DNA from: Octopus sinensis
Taxonomy: Eukaryota
Direction of reading: 5' to 3'
DNA length: 64,000 nucleotides
Assembly: GCF_006345805.1 (NCBI RefSeq)
Contig: NC_042997.1
Location: 140,430,001 to 140,494,000, forward strand
The notes beneath the pieces were generated by a model, which made no database searches, had not been told where the DNA came from, and worked only from the letters and a program-made list of their open reading frames with translations. Of this stretch, positions 22,420 through 35,689 are shown one piece after another. The position numbers and the translations under genes are program-made. How positions within the stretch are numbered: position 1 is the first letter of the stretch; every line of letters begins with the position of its first letter.

Positions 22420-25386
22420 GTGTTGTTGTTGTTGTTATATTATTGAGTGAGAGAGCAGTGCATGCCATCACAGTGACATTGGGGTAAAATATACGAAGTC
22501 CAGCAAACCCATCATGACTAGCCGTCTGATAAGGGTACACCAGGCGCATGCATCACAATCGTATGTGTGCGACATGGTGATTCCATATCAAGATAAACAG
22601 CACATGAATTTGCAGGTGGGGCCCAGTTAGAATTCTCTTCAGGTCGAGTAGCCTATCCCGCTCAAAAGGTCAGTGAATAAGGATTGTTTAAAGATATTGA
22701 ACGAAACACCCATGTTTTCAAAGGTGAATCATCCAAACCCCAAAGAACTCCTCTCAACACATGACTATGATGTGTGTATGTATGTATGTATGTATGTATG
22801 TATATATGTATGTATGTATGTGCACAGTATTCACATGATGTTTGGATATGTTTTGTGTGTGTGAGTGTTTGCATGCGATTGTGGGTGTGGGGGTGCATCT
22901 GTATGTGTGTGACTTAATAGCTGCTATAACACATTTCCCAGGCGCTAGCAGCATCCGATTCCAGAACTATGTCAATGTTTCATATATATATATGATAGTT
23001 TGATGACTGTATATGTATAAACACACACACACACATATATATTTGTATGTATATATGAATGTGTATTTTTGTGTCTGTGCGTGTGTATGCGTGTACGTAT
23101 GTATACTTTTCCTTGTCATATGTTTATTTTCCTTTGCAGAATTCAAGCCGGTCAGTACAAAACTCTTTTGTTTAGATCAAGATAGCTTTTAATCTTGGCA
23201 TATGATTTAAGTAGCATTTAATTTAATTTCCTTGGGAAAATTCGAAGACTTCATTACTTCTAATTGTAATAACCAGCTTCCTTCACAGAAATGTTTTATA
23301 AATAATAAGCATTGAATGACGCCGAAAAATAGGGTAAAAATCTTCATATAGTTTTAACGGGTTACTCACTACATATCCAAATAATAAAAGTGTAGGTATG
23401 ATCATTTGCAAAGCATTCGCACCAAAAATATCCGCTATAGGTTTTAATCCGGTGATTAGGAAATATTTAATCTCATATCGAAACCTTGTGTTACTCTCTC
23501 GTTATCTATTTTACTTATACTATCCTCTGCAAAGCGGCTAAACGTATAAATCCTGTGACAAAGTTAATAACAGATGATATTGCCAAAAATGTGCCTGAGC
23601 CAAATCCAAAACATTTGGTGTTTCATTTCTTACATTGGCATAAAGCCACTCTTATTCGTTCGTTTATGCTCCCTTGTTTACTTTATTCGGAGAGTTGTGA
23701 AATGAAAGGAGCTTCATTAGTGAAAATCATTTCCTTAATATTTATTCTCTCATGGCTTAACCGAATATAAAATATAAAATTGGTTGAGAGATTTCCCAGG
23801 CGTGTTTTTATTCAGTGCAATGTTGTAACCTTGCATGTGTACTTTCTCCACCGTCCATTTCTCTGGCAAATACTTGTTCGCTCCTCTCATTAGTTCTGTG
23901 CATCCCAGCAGTGTATGCGAGTGAGTGGCACTTGATACTGATGCTATTCGTGTGTCTATGTATCAACTGGAGATCACAACTGCTTTAGTATCCACAAACG
24001 GAATTGCTCCTTCCTTCAATGCCATATACCAAGGAATCTCCAGTTTCTTTTGGCCCACGCTGTAGAAACTTTCCCCATTCTCTGTTAACTATAACGCAAC
24101 CACTGCAAATTACCTCACTAGCATAACTGTGAGAGAATGTGAAGCAGTGGCTCTTCCCGAGGAACGATTTTATGGGAGAAGTACTTTTGGATTTGTTGTA
24201 TAAGTCCGTATATGCCTGGAAGGCCCGAGGTTGGGGAACTCAAGGGCTACACCATTTAAACACCTTACCACTGCAACTAAACAGCAACTATTTTGCTTTA
24301 CTACTCGCTAAGACTTTGTTCTTTGCTTTCACGAGATGCTTCCCAATTAATTTCTAAAAATAACAGGTCTGCTATTTTACAAAGTCTACCACCAGCCAGG
24401 TACGACTTTGTGAATCTAAATACAAACCTACGACAGCTCACCTCAGCAGCAAACACAGTGCCTAACCATCTCCGTTATTATAATATGGTTTGGGAACGTG
24501 AGCGCTTCCTTTAACTCCAACCGCATCTTCTAGTCATTAGCAGTATGTTTACGTTCCTTCGTTGTTCTTTCTCGCATCCTTTGTGGAAAATAATAGCTTG
24601 CTACTTGGTGTTGATTTCCATTACATTGACATTGCTGCAATGGCATTTTAGAACATAAACAATGAAACAAGACTTAGTTATACTACCAAATATAATCGGT
24701 AAGAGATGACTTCAAAGCTCCTAGAATATGATTCAAGCGGTGCATATCCTCAACTGTAATGACAAACAGTAATGAAGTATCATTCAAGTGCAACTGCCAC
24801 ATAATACATACATACATACATACATACATACATACATACATACATACATACATACATACATACATACACATAAATACACACACTCACACACGCATATATA
24901 TACGCTCATTTTTGCATATGTATATGCGTGTGTATGGTGTCCAGTCAATTATTCGACGGTAATTTGTCGTCGTTAATTTGTCTCCAGCCAATTCGTCGTT
25001 GGCCGATTCGTCGCTATTTTTCCTTAAAATTTAAGATTGTGTGCAATTGCTTTCGGAAAAATAATTTTTTGTTTTGGATCATATTTTTCCATGACATTTT
25101 TTATACGCAAGTTCACATCTGTATTTTTTTTTTTTTTTTTTTTTTGGGTTTGGTTCTTCTCCCTGCATAAACTTCTGCAATTTGGTACTGGCAAACCCTT
25201 CCTCAGATTTAATCACATCAATAAGTTTCTAAATATTTGGATTACTAATATCCACTGTGTTTTTCAGTGCGCTGTGGTAAGCTTCTAAACTATTTGTAGT
25301 GCGAGCAATCCCCGTCATACATCAATCCCAAACATTCCATATAGGTAATGGAAAGGCGCCGCCTCCTCTGTCCTCTTCCTCTAGGC

Positions 25387-26023
25387 CAGTGGTTCCCAAC
25401 AGCGGTTCCTAACCCTTTTATTTAAATGAGTTTTCTTACATACTCCTTTTAATATGCATATCCTTATGAATGTGTATATATATGTATATATATATATAAA
25501 CGGCAGTTTGTCTGTCTGTGTGTCTGTCAGGTTGTACCCTCATCCTGACCACAGCTTTCAACCGATTCTGATGAAACTTGACACACACATAGCCCAATGT
25601 CATAATTCAAAACTAACGCAGCGAAAATTTTGAAAAGTTCCCCCAGTTCTGAAAAAAATCGATAAATTCGACATGGGGTCGAGAATCTAAGCTTTTTATA
25701 TGCAACACATTTTCTGTTGTGGTTATCGCAACTTGCAATCGATTTTCACCAAACTCATGGTGAAGCTTAATGTTACCCTAAGAAACTTAATTCTGGCGTT
25801 AGTTTTCCATGCAATACCTTACCATTAGAAAAAATCGATAAAATCATGCCATTTTGGGAAATCGCGTTTTCGCCTAAAGGAGCTGCTAGGAACATCGTAT
25901 ACACAGAAGACATTGCAACCTACACATGCGCCTTCGTTCCCTAGAGGGAAAGGACTAGATTGGGATTAGTCGTTGCCTACTAGGGGCTCTTACATACCCG
26001 GGCAACGCCGGGCTATGCTGCTA

Positions 26024-26066
<43 letters not shown>

Positions 26067-26145
26067 TTTGAATTTAGTTCACGGATCCCCAGTACTACCT
26101 TTGCGAACCACCAGGGGTCTGCGGACCCCAGGTTAGGAGCCACTG
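25387..26145. mobile_element. hAT (Charlie-like) MITE nested in the MULE
   Basis: TIRs CAGTGGTTCCCAAC / GTTAGGAGCCACTG; 8-bp TSD CTCTAGGC / CTCTAGGT. Confidence 0.8.
25490..26024 (+). mobile_element. Non-autonomous Helitron nested in the hAT MITE
   Basis: 3' hairpin CCCGGGCAACGCCGGG, then CTAG followed by T; 5' end merges into (TA)n. Confidence 0.8.
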
Positions 26146-27466
26146 CTCTAGGTGGTCCTATATAATTATTTTCTTGTGCTGTTTTAACTGCCGATGTGCT
26201 TCGTCTCTTGCTAATATTAGTATTCGTTTTGAATCCTCCGTTCTGCTGTAATTCTGTAAAAAAGTTTCATCATTGTCGAGGTAGGAGTATTCACTTGGAA
26301 TAGAAAAACCAACATTTGTAAATGAGGTGGCATCAACTTGTCTCCAACGCCTAATATTCCTATTAAGCTATGCAAACAGAGGTATTTGCATCAATGTACA
26401 GTCGTTTAAATTCTGATCTTCGCTAGCGATAATTGAGCGAGGGGTATCACAGATGAAATAGAGTTTACTTCAATATTTGAAACTATTATCCTTGCATTTA
26501 CCTCTGCAGCAGTTGAAGCGTGATTATGGATCCCAATTTTCTTAAGCTCTTTATAATTTTCATGTTTGAAGTTTCGCCTTGTACACACGATTTTCGCACC
26601 TCCAGTATATCTTCAAACCATCTGCTTATTTTTTGTGTATGTATAATTTTTTTTATCGACTACTTTGATTTTTCCTTTCTCTAAAGTTATGATCTTGCAA
26701 GTTGTCATGTTGATGGGTAGACGTATTGAATAAATTTAATTTGATTTGCTTGAAAATCTTTGTTCGTAAACTGTTCAGTGCAGATACTTGAGAGCAAATG
26801 AGAGATAGAGGGGGGAGGGAGGGTTAAAGAAAGGAAAAATATATCTAAAACTGTCCAGCGACAATTTTAATTTTAAAGTGGTTGTTCTAAACTTTCCCTC
26901 GAAAATCACATTTAAGAGTATTTTGGGACGAATTGGCTAGCGACGAACTGATCGGGAACAAATTAACCGACGATGAAATAACTGGGGACGAATTGTCCTC
27001 GGACTGTGTGTATCTATATATATGGAGTGAATCTTGCATGCATGAAGTGGATTCGATCCACCATAGCCAAATTTAAATTAACACTGCAATAGAACTTTTC
27101 CCACGATGGAACAATGGTTTTTCTCTGACAGCAGTTTTACATTTTCCAGATGCCTTTAGCTAGGCCGAAATAATGTTTTCACCACTTGACCCTTTCTAAC
27201 TTCTTCTAATTCACCAAAAGCTAGAATAGATAACAAGACCACCAACTAAATCTATTGTTCTTAATGATATATCTATCGTTCTGGATCTTTATATAAGCAA
27301 GCACACCCCAAGCAAAAATCAGTTTAGTCACCATCCGGTGACGACGACTCAACCAAGTTCGTCACAGTCGTGACGACTCAACGAAGTCTGGCCGACCAGC
27401 TAGAACATTGGTCAGAAGGAGAAATGAAGTTTAGTGTCAGCAACGTCCCACACACACACACACACA

Positions 27467-27504
<38 letters not shown>

Positions 27505-28265
27505 AGCTCCAATTCTGTTCTCTTACAACATCATTCTATCTCTCTCTGTAATTACTACTAAACAATGAAGAGAACCCAAACCCAAACCCAAACCAAACTT
27601 CGCATGCTTTTGGATTTATCACAACCTGCCCGTCGAGGCTAGGTATTGTAACGTAACGGTAAATAAATACTTTCTTAAAACTTCATGCATTGTTCATCTT
27701 TCACAACTTGCCGTTTTAATAACAAACTCTTATCTTCACAACTGCTGACTTCAACATCAACATATTATTGTTTACAAATTCATTTCTCCCGTTACAATTG
27801 GTAACCACATCATAATAATGTATACCGTTACATATATATGCACACGCGCGCACACACACACACCACACACACACACACACACACATGCACACGCGCACAC
27901 ACACACACACACACACACACAACACACACACACACACATACATATATATCAATTTCATAAAATTATGCTTTACTTAGTAGGTTCATGTTCATAAAATGTT
28001 TTGGGGGAGATGAGGGGAGCTATATTAATGATAATTAAGTGTGGTTTTGTATAAGCAGACAACAGAAGTAGTTGGGAAGAAAGGGGGAATAGAGGAGAAT
28101 GGAAGGAAAGTGTGAGATATGAGTTGACAGAAAGTTATGGAGAGGAATTCTATTTTGGCTTGATGGAGGAATTTTGTTATTATTCACGGTTCAATTAGGC
28201 ACGAAAGTAAAAGTGCAAATAGATGTGTCATATTCAGGTCACGACATTTTTTGTATAGAAAGTTA

Positions 28266-28695
28266 GGATCTTTTCGGTTTGAACGGCAGTTTTTTCTAGC
28301 GGTGTCATATGAAATTGTCACCCATAATTATGACCCTAGTATCGATCTATTGCATTTCAATCTATTTTAGGGTTAGGGTTACAGTTAGGGTTAGGGGTGG
28401 GGGGAAGGGTATCTTTTTTTTCTTCAGAAATGTAAATAAACCCAATCTGTTTCTTAAACGAGGGACATATTCATACGGCACAGAATGTTTTCACCTCAAT
28501 AGACGGTCATTGATTGGTTGAAATTGCAGAAATTGAAGAAAAAAAACAACAAATATCTTACAAACTATAGAATTTTCTCAATAAAGCCAAGAGAAAAAGA
28601 TGTTTTATAAACACATTCTACCAATATACGAAGTTTAAAATTTTTTAGTTACCTCGAAATTATGTTGAAAACTGCTGTTCAAACCGAAAAGATCC
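28266..28695. mobile_element. MITE, Merlin-like (GG termini, 8-bp TSD)
   Basis: TIRs GGATCTTTTCGGTTTGAACGGCAGTTTT / AAAACTGCTGTTCAAACCGAAAAGATCC; TSD GAAAGTTA at 28258-28265 and 28696-28703; internal TTAGGG-like repeats. Confidence 0.8.
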
Positions 28696-29457
28696 GAAAG
28701 TTAGGGTCTGCGATGATTTAGAGATCACAAAAGAATATTTGTGGATAAATGAATCGGTCACACAGCACATGTCAGACTGAAGTTGAATTGCTGTTGGTAG
28801 TGTGATAAGATTTGTATTAAGAAATTTTAAATGTAGTATTTTGGTAACTGAGAAGATTGTTACGATAAATATTTATTGGAGGTTTTCACTGTTTCTAACG
28901 AGACTATTTCTATTTTTATTACATTATTCTACACAAACATATACACACATGACATTACCTATGCATCCAAATGACTACATAAGAATAATGCAATTTCCGA
29001 TAGGTACATCCGTCGATAACGAGATATGTCTATATGCTTTTAACAATATATAAATATAGCAATATATGAATATCAGCACATAGACGTACATATGTCTTTG
29101 TGTACATAGATACATGTGTATCCGTGTTTGTTTGTGTATATATACGCACACGCACACATGCACACGTATATATGCGTATGTATGTGTGTGTAAAAGAATT
29201 TTTAAAATGGGGACAAGAACTCAACAGTCGACAACAGAACATCCAGATAGTTAGATGATACAAATAAGGGACAAGAAAAAACAAGGACAGGTCATTCGAA
29301 GTTTTCTTTCCTCAGTCGAGTTCCAGATCATCTTAGCAGTTTCGGCTGGTTATACTGGAGACTGTTTCAATCTGGCCATCCCCAAGGAAAATCTAAGCTA
29401 AGACCGCTAAATTCCTTGGAATAAAGCAGCGAGTACATATATATGCGTATTTATATA

Positions 29458-29519
<62 letters not shown>

Positions 29520-29539
29520 TATATATGTATGTATGTATA

Positions 29540-30051
29540 TCTATATATATAAAACTGTAGTTGTGTGAGTGTCTGTCCCCTTCGATTTAGATTCCTAACT
29601 ACTCCCACATTTTGCGGTGCAGTTTAACCAAATTCGGGTATCTTATAGTCGTGATTCATATCGAGCCCGTCTGAGTATTAGCGCGCGTCTACGATGAGTC
29701 TACGATTTAAAAAATAATTTAACAACATTTTTTATTCCATTTTAATGCATAATTTTTCGTGTGTCGATGGCGGCGGAGTTGGCGTCCATGGTCACACCTG
29801 CACCTGTTTGCTTCTCCCCTTCTCCACTCCCTCGTGAAGCTGTGGAGAAGGGAGTGTAAGGAAATCAACGTCGTAAAGCGTTGTCAAGGAGACCAGCGTT
29901 CTTTTAGAACAACGACTTCATGGCTTGAAGACACCAAAACAGAAATGGCTAAGAAAGCCCGAATTGGCATCTATAAGGGAAGTAACTCTCTAAAAATGCT
30001 TATATAGTTATTTCCCTTACAAACCCGAGCAACGCCGGGCGATACTGCTAG
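29540..30051 (+). mobile_element. Complete non-autonomous Helitron
   Basis: 5' TC after A, 3' hairpin CCCGAGCAACGCCGGG, CTAG followed by T (A|T insertion). Confidence 0.85.
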
Positions 30052-30088
30052 TATTTATATAAAGATATGATTATTATTAATAATAATG

Positions 30089-30136
<48 letters not shown>

Positions 30137-30151
30137 TAATAATAATAATAA

Positions 30152-30641
30152 CATGTACATTGTTTTGTCTTGGTATAAAAGATGGGCTACAGCAAATATT
30201 CTGCTCAATACCACAGATTTGCTTGTCAGTTGTTTGGCCTTAACCAGTTGAGCATGTCCCTTAGTGGCTGACGATATGTGCATCTCTGATCACGAGCAGA
30301 AGTAGTGGGGGAGCATCATGGCCATGTGTTGAGAGGGATTCTTTGGGGTTTGAATAATTCACCTCTGGAAACATAGGTGTTTCGTTCAACATCCTAAAGC
30401 AACCCTTATTCAGGGACCTTTTGAGCAGGATGGGCTACTCAACCTGAAGAAAATTCTAACTGGGCTCCACCTGCAAGGTCATGTGCTGTTTATCTTGATA
30501 TGAGATCACCATGTCGCGCACATATGGTTGTGATGCATGTGCCTGGTGTACCTTTATCAGACGGGTAGTCATGATGGGTATATTGGGCTTCGTATATTTT
30601 ACCCCAGTGTCACTTTGATGGCATGAACTGCTCTCTCACTC
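30152..30641 (+). mobile_element. (AAT)n-tailed non-coding repeat, longer copy
   Basis: Homologous to 1280-1600 and 22420-22770; bracketed by (AAT)n on both sides. Confidence 0.65.
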
Positions 30642-30674
<33 letters not shown>

Positions 30675-30713
30675 CAACAATAATATGTGGCATCAAAGCC
30701 CAAAAGGCAAATT

Positions 30714-31192
30714 TATAAATTTATAATTAATTATTAGTTTTAATTGATGGTACACGAAGTACCAGCGTTAAGAGTAGAAAAATACTCAAATAAGCCACCA
30801 TTTCAATGAAAATACAACAGGTTGGCGAAAACCGAGGGACGAGCAAAATTTAACTTACCATTGCGGCTGAAAGTCGCAAATGGGTATCATAGATATATCC
30901 CGATATCACGTGATTTCGAACTTTGAGATATTTCTCTCAGTTCTCATCAGTAAGTCTTGTTGTTAGCCAAGGGTTAAATTTATGCTTGCGAAATCACGTT
31001 ATATAGGGATATCTGTGATCCTCATTTGCGACTTTCAGCCGCAATGGTAAATTAAATTTCGCTCGTCTCACGAATTTCGCCAGCCTGTTGTATTTTCAGT
31101 GAAATGGCGGCTTATTTGACTATTTTTCGACTCTCATTTCTAGCAACGCTGGTACTTCGTGTACCCTCAATTATAATTAATTATAAATTTAT
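30714..31192. mobile_element. Fold-back MITE-like element with ~200-bp imperfect arms
   Basis: GGTACACGAAGTACCAGCGTT...CATTGCGGCTGAAAGTCGCAAATG mirrored by CATTTGCGACTTTCAGCCGCAATG...AACGCTGGTACTTCGTGTACC. Confidence 0.7.
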
Positions 31193-31375
31193 ATATATAT
31201 ATAATTCATAATTTTTAATTCTTAATTTTGTAAAGTTTAATTTTTTAATTTTTAATTTTTAATGATTAATTTAACGCTTAATTTTAAGGTGATGTAAAAT
31301 TAGGTTAACAATATTTTAAAAAAGAACCTGAAGATGTGTTGGTAGAATTGTAAATCTGATGATTACATAGTACAT

Positions 31376-31426
<51 letters not shown>

Positions 31427-31432
31427 ATATAT

Positions 31433-31500
<68 letters not shown>

Positions 31501-31531
31501 GTATATATATATACATATACATACATATATG

Positions 31532-31602
<71 letters not shown>

Positions 31603-31832
31603 CATAATCTTCCAATGTACGTGTAGTTCCTTCATAATGATAGTTTTAACTTAAGTAGGAGATAATTAAGAAAGTATATTTTATACCCTGCTGGTGTATT
31701 AGTTTTATCCTGAAGGTATTATTTCTTGATGTGCATATAGATACCACGAGTTTACCTTCAGATCTACTCGTTATGTTGTTTTTTGCATAATCTGAAATAG
31801 AATACCCACATACCTATTAATTCCCAAAACTG

Positions 31833-31869
<37 letters not shown>

Positions 31870-31870
<1 letters not shown>

Positions 31871-32738
31871 TAGCTGACGTACCCGGTAATTTCCAGGAAA
31901 GCGGGGCTTATCCTTTGGTTCCGTTCTCATAATTGTTTCGCTAATCCAGTAACAACAATACAAAGTATGGAGCCCTTGTGCATTTATTGAGAATACCAAA
32001 CTTTCTTACAAAGGATCTTGTTTTTAGGAATACTCAATAAGTTATGAATACCCAAATTGTGAAGTCAGTTATGCCATAACATGAAATTAATTACCCGATA
32101 GTATGAATTCAAATAAAGTAGCCTCGAAAAGGGGTTTAATACGTTCCCAGAGTATATAGAACTTAAGAGGAAATACTAATAAGGTATGTATACTAAAATC
32201 GTGAAGCATGTTACGTAATAACAAGCTAATCAGATATGAGATAATAACAATTCAAAGTAAATAACTCTGAAAAAAGCTTTTGTGCGTTCACAGAGAATAT
32301 TACGCTCAGCGGCGCTAACCGAAATAAGTGGATCTGTTGTTTAGGAAAATACTATTTACTTGTTTAAGCGTTCTACTGGATAAATTGCGAAACCAACTCA
32401 AATAGTTCAATACTAAGAAATAAGCATACTCAATTTAATTTATACCAAATAATTTACAAAGATGAATGGGTTATTTCCCTTGGCTATATTAAGGATCCTT
32501 TCTAGGAGTGAATGGATGTTTAAAAATAATATATTAGTTATATGTAGTAGATATAAGAATTCCTTCTTGGAGCCCTATTATCGATTTTTTTTCAATAATA
32601 TAAGTAAGTCACTAGTTTTCCATACATGAATTCTACACACGTGTCAAGCTTCATCAAAATCGATAAAACGATGTAGGAGTTAGATAACAACTCCACAAAC
32701 AAACACACCCACAGACAGAATTTTCCACATATATAGTA
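31870..32738 (-). mobile_element. Non-autonomous Helitron
   Basis: CTAG(T) 3' end at 31870-31873 with a degenerate GC hairpin; the 5' region resembles the other Helitrons (CGATTTTGATGAAGCTTGACAC). Confidence 0.6.
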
Positions 32739-32874
32739 TATATATATGCGTGTGTGTGTATGTATTTATGTATTCGTATATTTATATATGCGTACACCCG
32801 TTTGTGTATATAAATACATAATTATGCACTCGTACATGTGTATGATGTGTGTATGTGTTTATTCTTCTCTACCA

Positions 32875-33175
32875 GGAGGCGCAATGGCCCAGTGGTTAGG
32901 GCAGCGGACTCGCGGTTTCGATTCCCAGACCGGGCGTTGTGAGTGTTTATTGAGCGAAAACACCTAAAGCTCCACGAGGCTCCGGCAGGGATGGTGGTGA
33001 TCCCTGCTGTACTCTTTCACCACAACTTTCTCTCACTCTTACTTCCTGTTTCTGTTGTACCTGTATTTCAAAGGGCCGGCCTTGTCACTCTCTGTGTCAC
33101 GCTGAATATCCCCGAGAACTACATTAAGGGTACACGTGTCTGTGGAGTGCTCAGCCACTTACACGTTAATTTCAC
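32875..33175 (+). mobile_element. tRNA-derived SINE (family 3)
   Basis: GGAGGCGCAATGGCCCAGTGGTTAGG..TTTCGATTCCC head; same head at 44740-45023 (-). Confidence 0.75.
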
Positions 33176-33699
33176 GTAACCGACGGAATGCTTCCTCCTC
33201 TTCTCCACCACTTGACAACCGGTGTTGGTTTCTTTATATTGCAACAACTTGTTGGTTCAGCAAAAGCGACCGATAAAATAAGTATTAGGCTTAAAAAGTA
33301 GAAGTACTGGAGGTCGATTTGTTCTATTAAACACTCCAAGACGGTATCCCCAGCATAGCTACATTCCACTGGCTGAAACAAGTAAAAGAAGATAAAAGAT
33401 GTTCTTAATCACCTTATTAATTCCTTCTGCTAATTTATCCATACAGTTTAGTGGATCACAGCAGATGGCCTTTTCTTTGAGGAAAGATTTCAAATTTTAT
33501 TTTAAAATCCTCAGAATTCCTTTTGCTGATATTATTGTTCAAATCAATTTTACAATATTACAAATTCTGTTGTGACGGTTTGATTTATGCGTGCAATCTC
33601 CTTCAGGAAGTACTTCACAAATATTAAGCAAAAAAATCTGGAGAGATTTATCAGAAAAAATTGCGCCTATATTGTCTTCATTATTATACGTAGGGCTTT

Positions 33700-34150
33700 A
33701 GGGCAACTAGCTGGCAGAGTCGTTGGCGCTTCGGACAAAATGCCAAGCGGGATTTCTTCCGGCTCTTTGCGTTCTGATTTCAAATCCTGCCAAGGTCAAG
33801 TTTGCTTTTCATTATTTCTAGGACGATAAATACCAGTCAAGAACTGTGGTTGCTGTAATCAATTAATACCTCCATATGGGAAATTTCTGGCCTTGCATAA
33901 AAATTTTAAACCATTATTAGACGAAGGAGTCTGGAGCAGTGATCTGGGAGAATCGTTATGTCGGAAAAAATGCTTTACGGCATTTCTTCCGGTTTTACAT
34001 TTTGAGCTCAAATGTCACCGGAGATCATTTTGCCTTTCATCGTTATGGGGTCGATAAAATAAATACCATTTACGGACTAAGGTAGATGGAATCGACTTAC
34101 CCCTCCCTTCAAAATTCCCAGTCTTGTGCCAAAAATTAGCAAGAATTATT
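33700..34150 (+). mobile_element. Two degenerate family-2 SINE copies
   Basis: GCTGGCAGA..TTCAAAT..TTTGCCTTTCATC..GGGGTCGATAAA motifs shared with better copies. Confidence 0.6.
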
Positions 34151-35011
34151 AGACGTTTGGGTGTTTCCTGGCTGCTTCTTCTTTGTTGAAGATATCTATT
34201 TCTGTTTTCATGGCCTAATAACTTTTTGGAGATACTTACAAGCTGGGAAAAGAAGTAAAAAAATACAAGTCTAAAATGGAATGTATGTGTATTTGTGATG
34301 TGAGTACGTGTGCACTCTGATTCATGCAGTTGAATCCACGCATAAACTGCAAAACTTCGACAGTTACAATGCACATCCGCAACTGACAACATTTTATTAT
34401 ATCTGAGGATTTCCAAATAACTCAGGATCTCTAGACAACTACTTCTTTAAAATAATAAAATAATTCATATTTCTTATATACTTGTATTTCTTATGTTTAT
34501 ATATCCTTATATTTCAAGAGGCTATGTTGACTAATCTATTGATATAATACTCTATAGGGGCATTCTGAAATGACTTCGGTGTTTCACACATTTTTTGCCT
34601 AAAGCAAGAATTTTTTTCCATGGCAAACCGCAGTGAAATGGCCTTTTTACAAGTCAAATATATCCCAAACAGAATTGAACTGATCTAAAAATACCCAATA
34701 TTACACAAACGTCACAGAGGCATCATTGATTATGTGTAGTCATATATCGATCGCTATACCCGTGTCCTGAAGCGTCACTGGTCACAGGTGAGCATTAAGG
34801 CTAGTAAATTTGCCCTTCATACCTGTGTTGTACAGTTATCTAGTCCGTGTTTTTAGGCGCAAAAATTATACAACACTTTAAAATAAGCACAGCTTCAACA
34901 AATTTCTGAAGTAGTTGAAGGGTTGGGAGTTGTGATCTTTTCTGCTAATTTGAACTTTTTCGTGTGATGCAAGAAATACGCCAAAAACTATTTTAAAATT
35001 AGCTATCTATC

Positions 35012-35161
35012 ATGTGTGGTAAGGAGCTTACTTACCAGCCACATGGTTCCTGGTTCAGTCCCACTGCGTGGCACCTTGGGCAAGTGTCTTCTACTATAGC
35101 CTCGGGCCGACCAAAGCCTTGTGAGTGGATTTAGTAGACGGAAACTGAAAGAAGCCCGTCG

Positions 35162-35197
<36 letters not shown>

Positions 35198-35400
35198 TGT
35201 ATGTATGTATGTTTGTATGTATGTATGCATGCATGCATGTATGTATGTGTTTGTCCGTGTGTATGTCCCCCCACCTCGCTTGATAGATTAATTACGAAGC
35301 TTACAAAGAATAAGTCCTGAGGTCGATTTTCTCGACTAAAAGTGGTGCTCCAGCATGGCCACAGTCAAATGACTGAAACAAGTAAAAGAATATATATAAA
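35012..35400 (+). mobile_element. Family-1 CORE-like SINE
   Basis: Same head, microsatellite and 3' domain as 3474-3880. Confidence 0.75.
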
Positions 35401-35689
35401 TATACATACATACATACATATATATATATATAAGGATATAGATCAAACTATCGGATGCTGTTATACATCGCTGGTCACAATACACTTCGCACTGTTTTAG
35501 CTTTTGAATGATGTCTCTCCGCTGAGTAGACGAGCAGGCCAACATTCCTTCCCCACCACCACACATTGAAAGGCTATTCCGTTGCTGGATCACCCATCTA
35601 CAGCTAAGTGAACCGGAGCATCATGAAATGAAATGGTTTTGTCTTGTAACTGCTGAATACTCAATGAATATCTTAAACAGAAAGCTACT

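Larger units (their letters stand above)
24936..27004 (-). mobile_element. Internally deleted Mutator-like (MULE) DNA transposon
   Basis: Degenerate TIRs built of AATTCGTCG repeats; near-perfect 9-bp TSD (C/T)GTGTGTAT. Transposase remnants: FLYWCH-like KIYWRCE..IGIHNH and RILILA (26710-26150), and FPLPIWNVWD..RTTNSLEAYH (25385-25130). Confidence 0.75.

Noticed and set aside
23800-24560. Higher-complexity stretch that might be a decayed TE ORF or exon
   Set aside because: All frames contain stops and I recognised no motif.
27330-27660. CpG-richer tract with duplicated GTGACGACTCAAC and possible splice donors (promoter or first exon)
   Set aside because: No independent evidence for a transcript or downstream gene.
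28365-28400. TTAGGG repeats as telomere or interstitial telomere
   Set aside because: Only a few degenerate units inside a TSD-bounded MITE.
29290-29400. Hammerhead-like CTGAGGA-AAG..CTT-CGAAT on the minus strand
   Set aside because: GAAA core and stem III missing; the fold cannot be supported.
31320-31360. CCTGAAGATG after a T-rich tract (PLE-like end)
   Set aside because: The rest of the hammerhead (stem II partner, GAAA) is absent.
34230-34262. Minus-strand pyrimidine tract-AG-CTT-GTAAGT resembling a 3-nt microexon
   Set aside because: Expected by chance in 64 kb of AT-rich DNA; no host gene or upstream UGC motif to support it.
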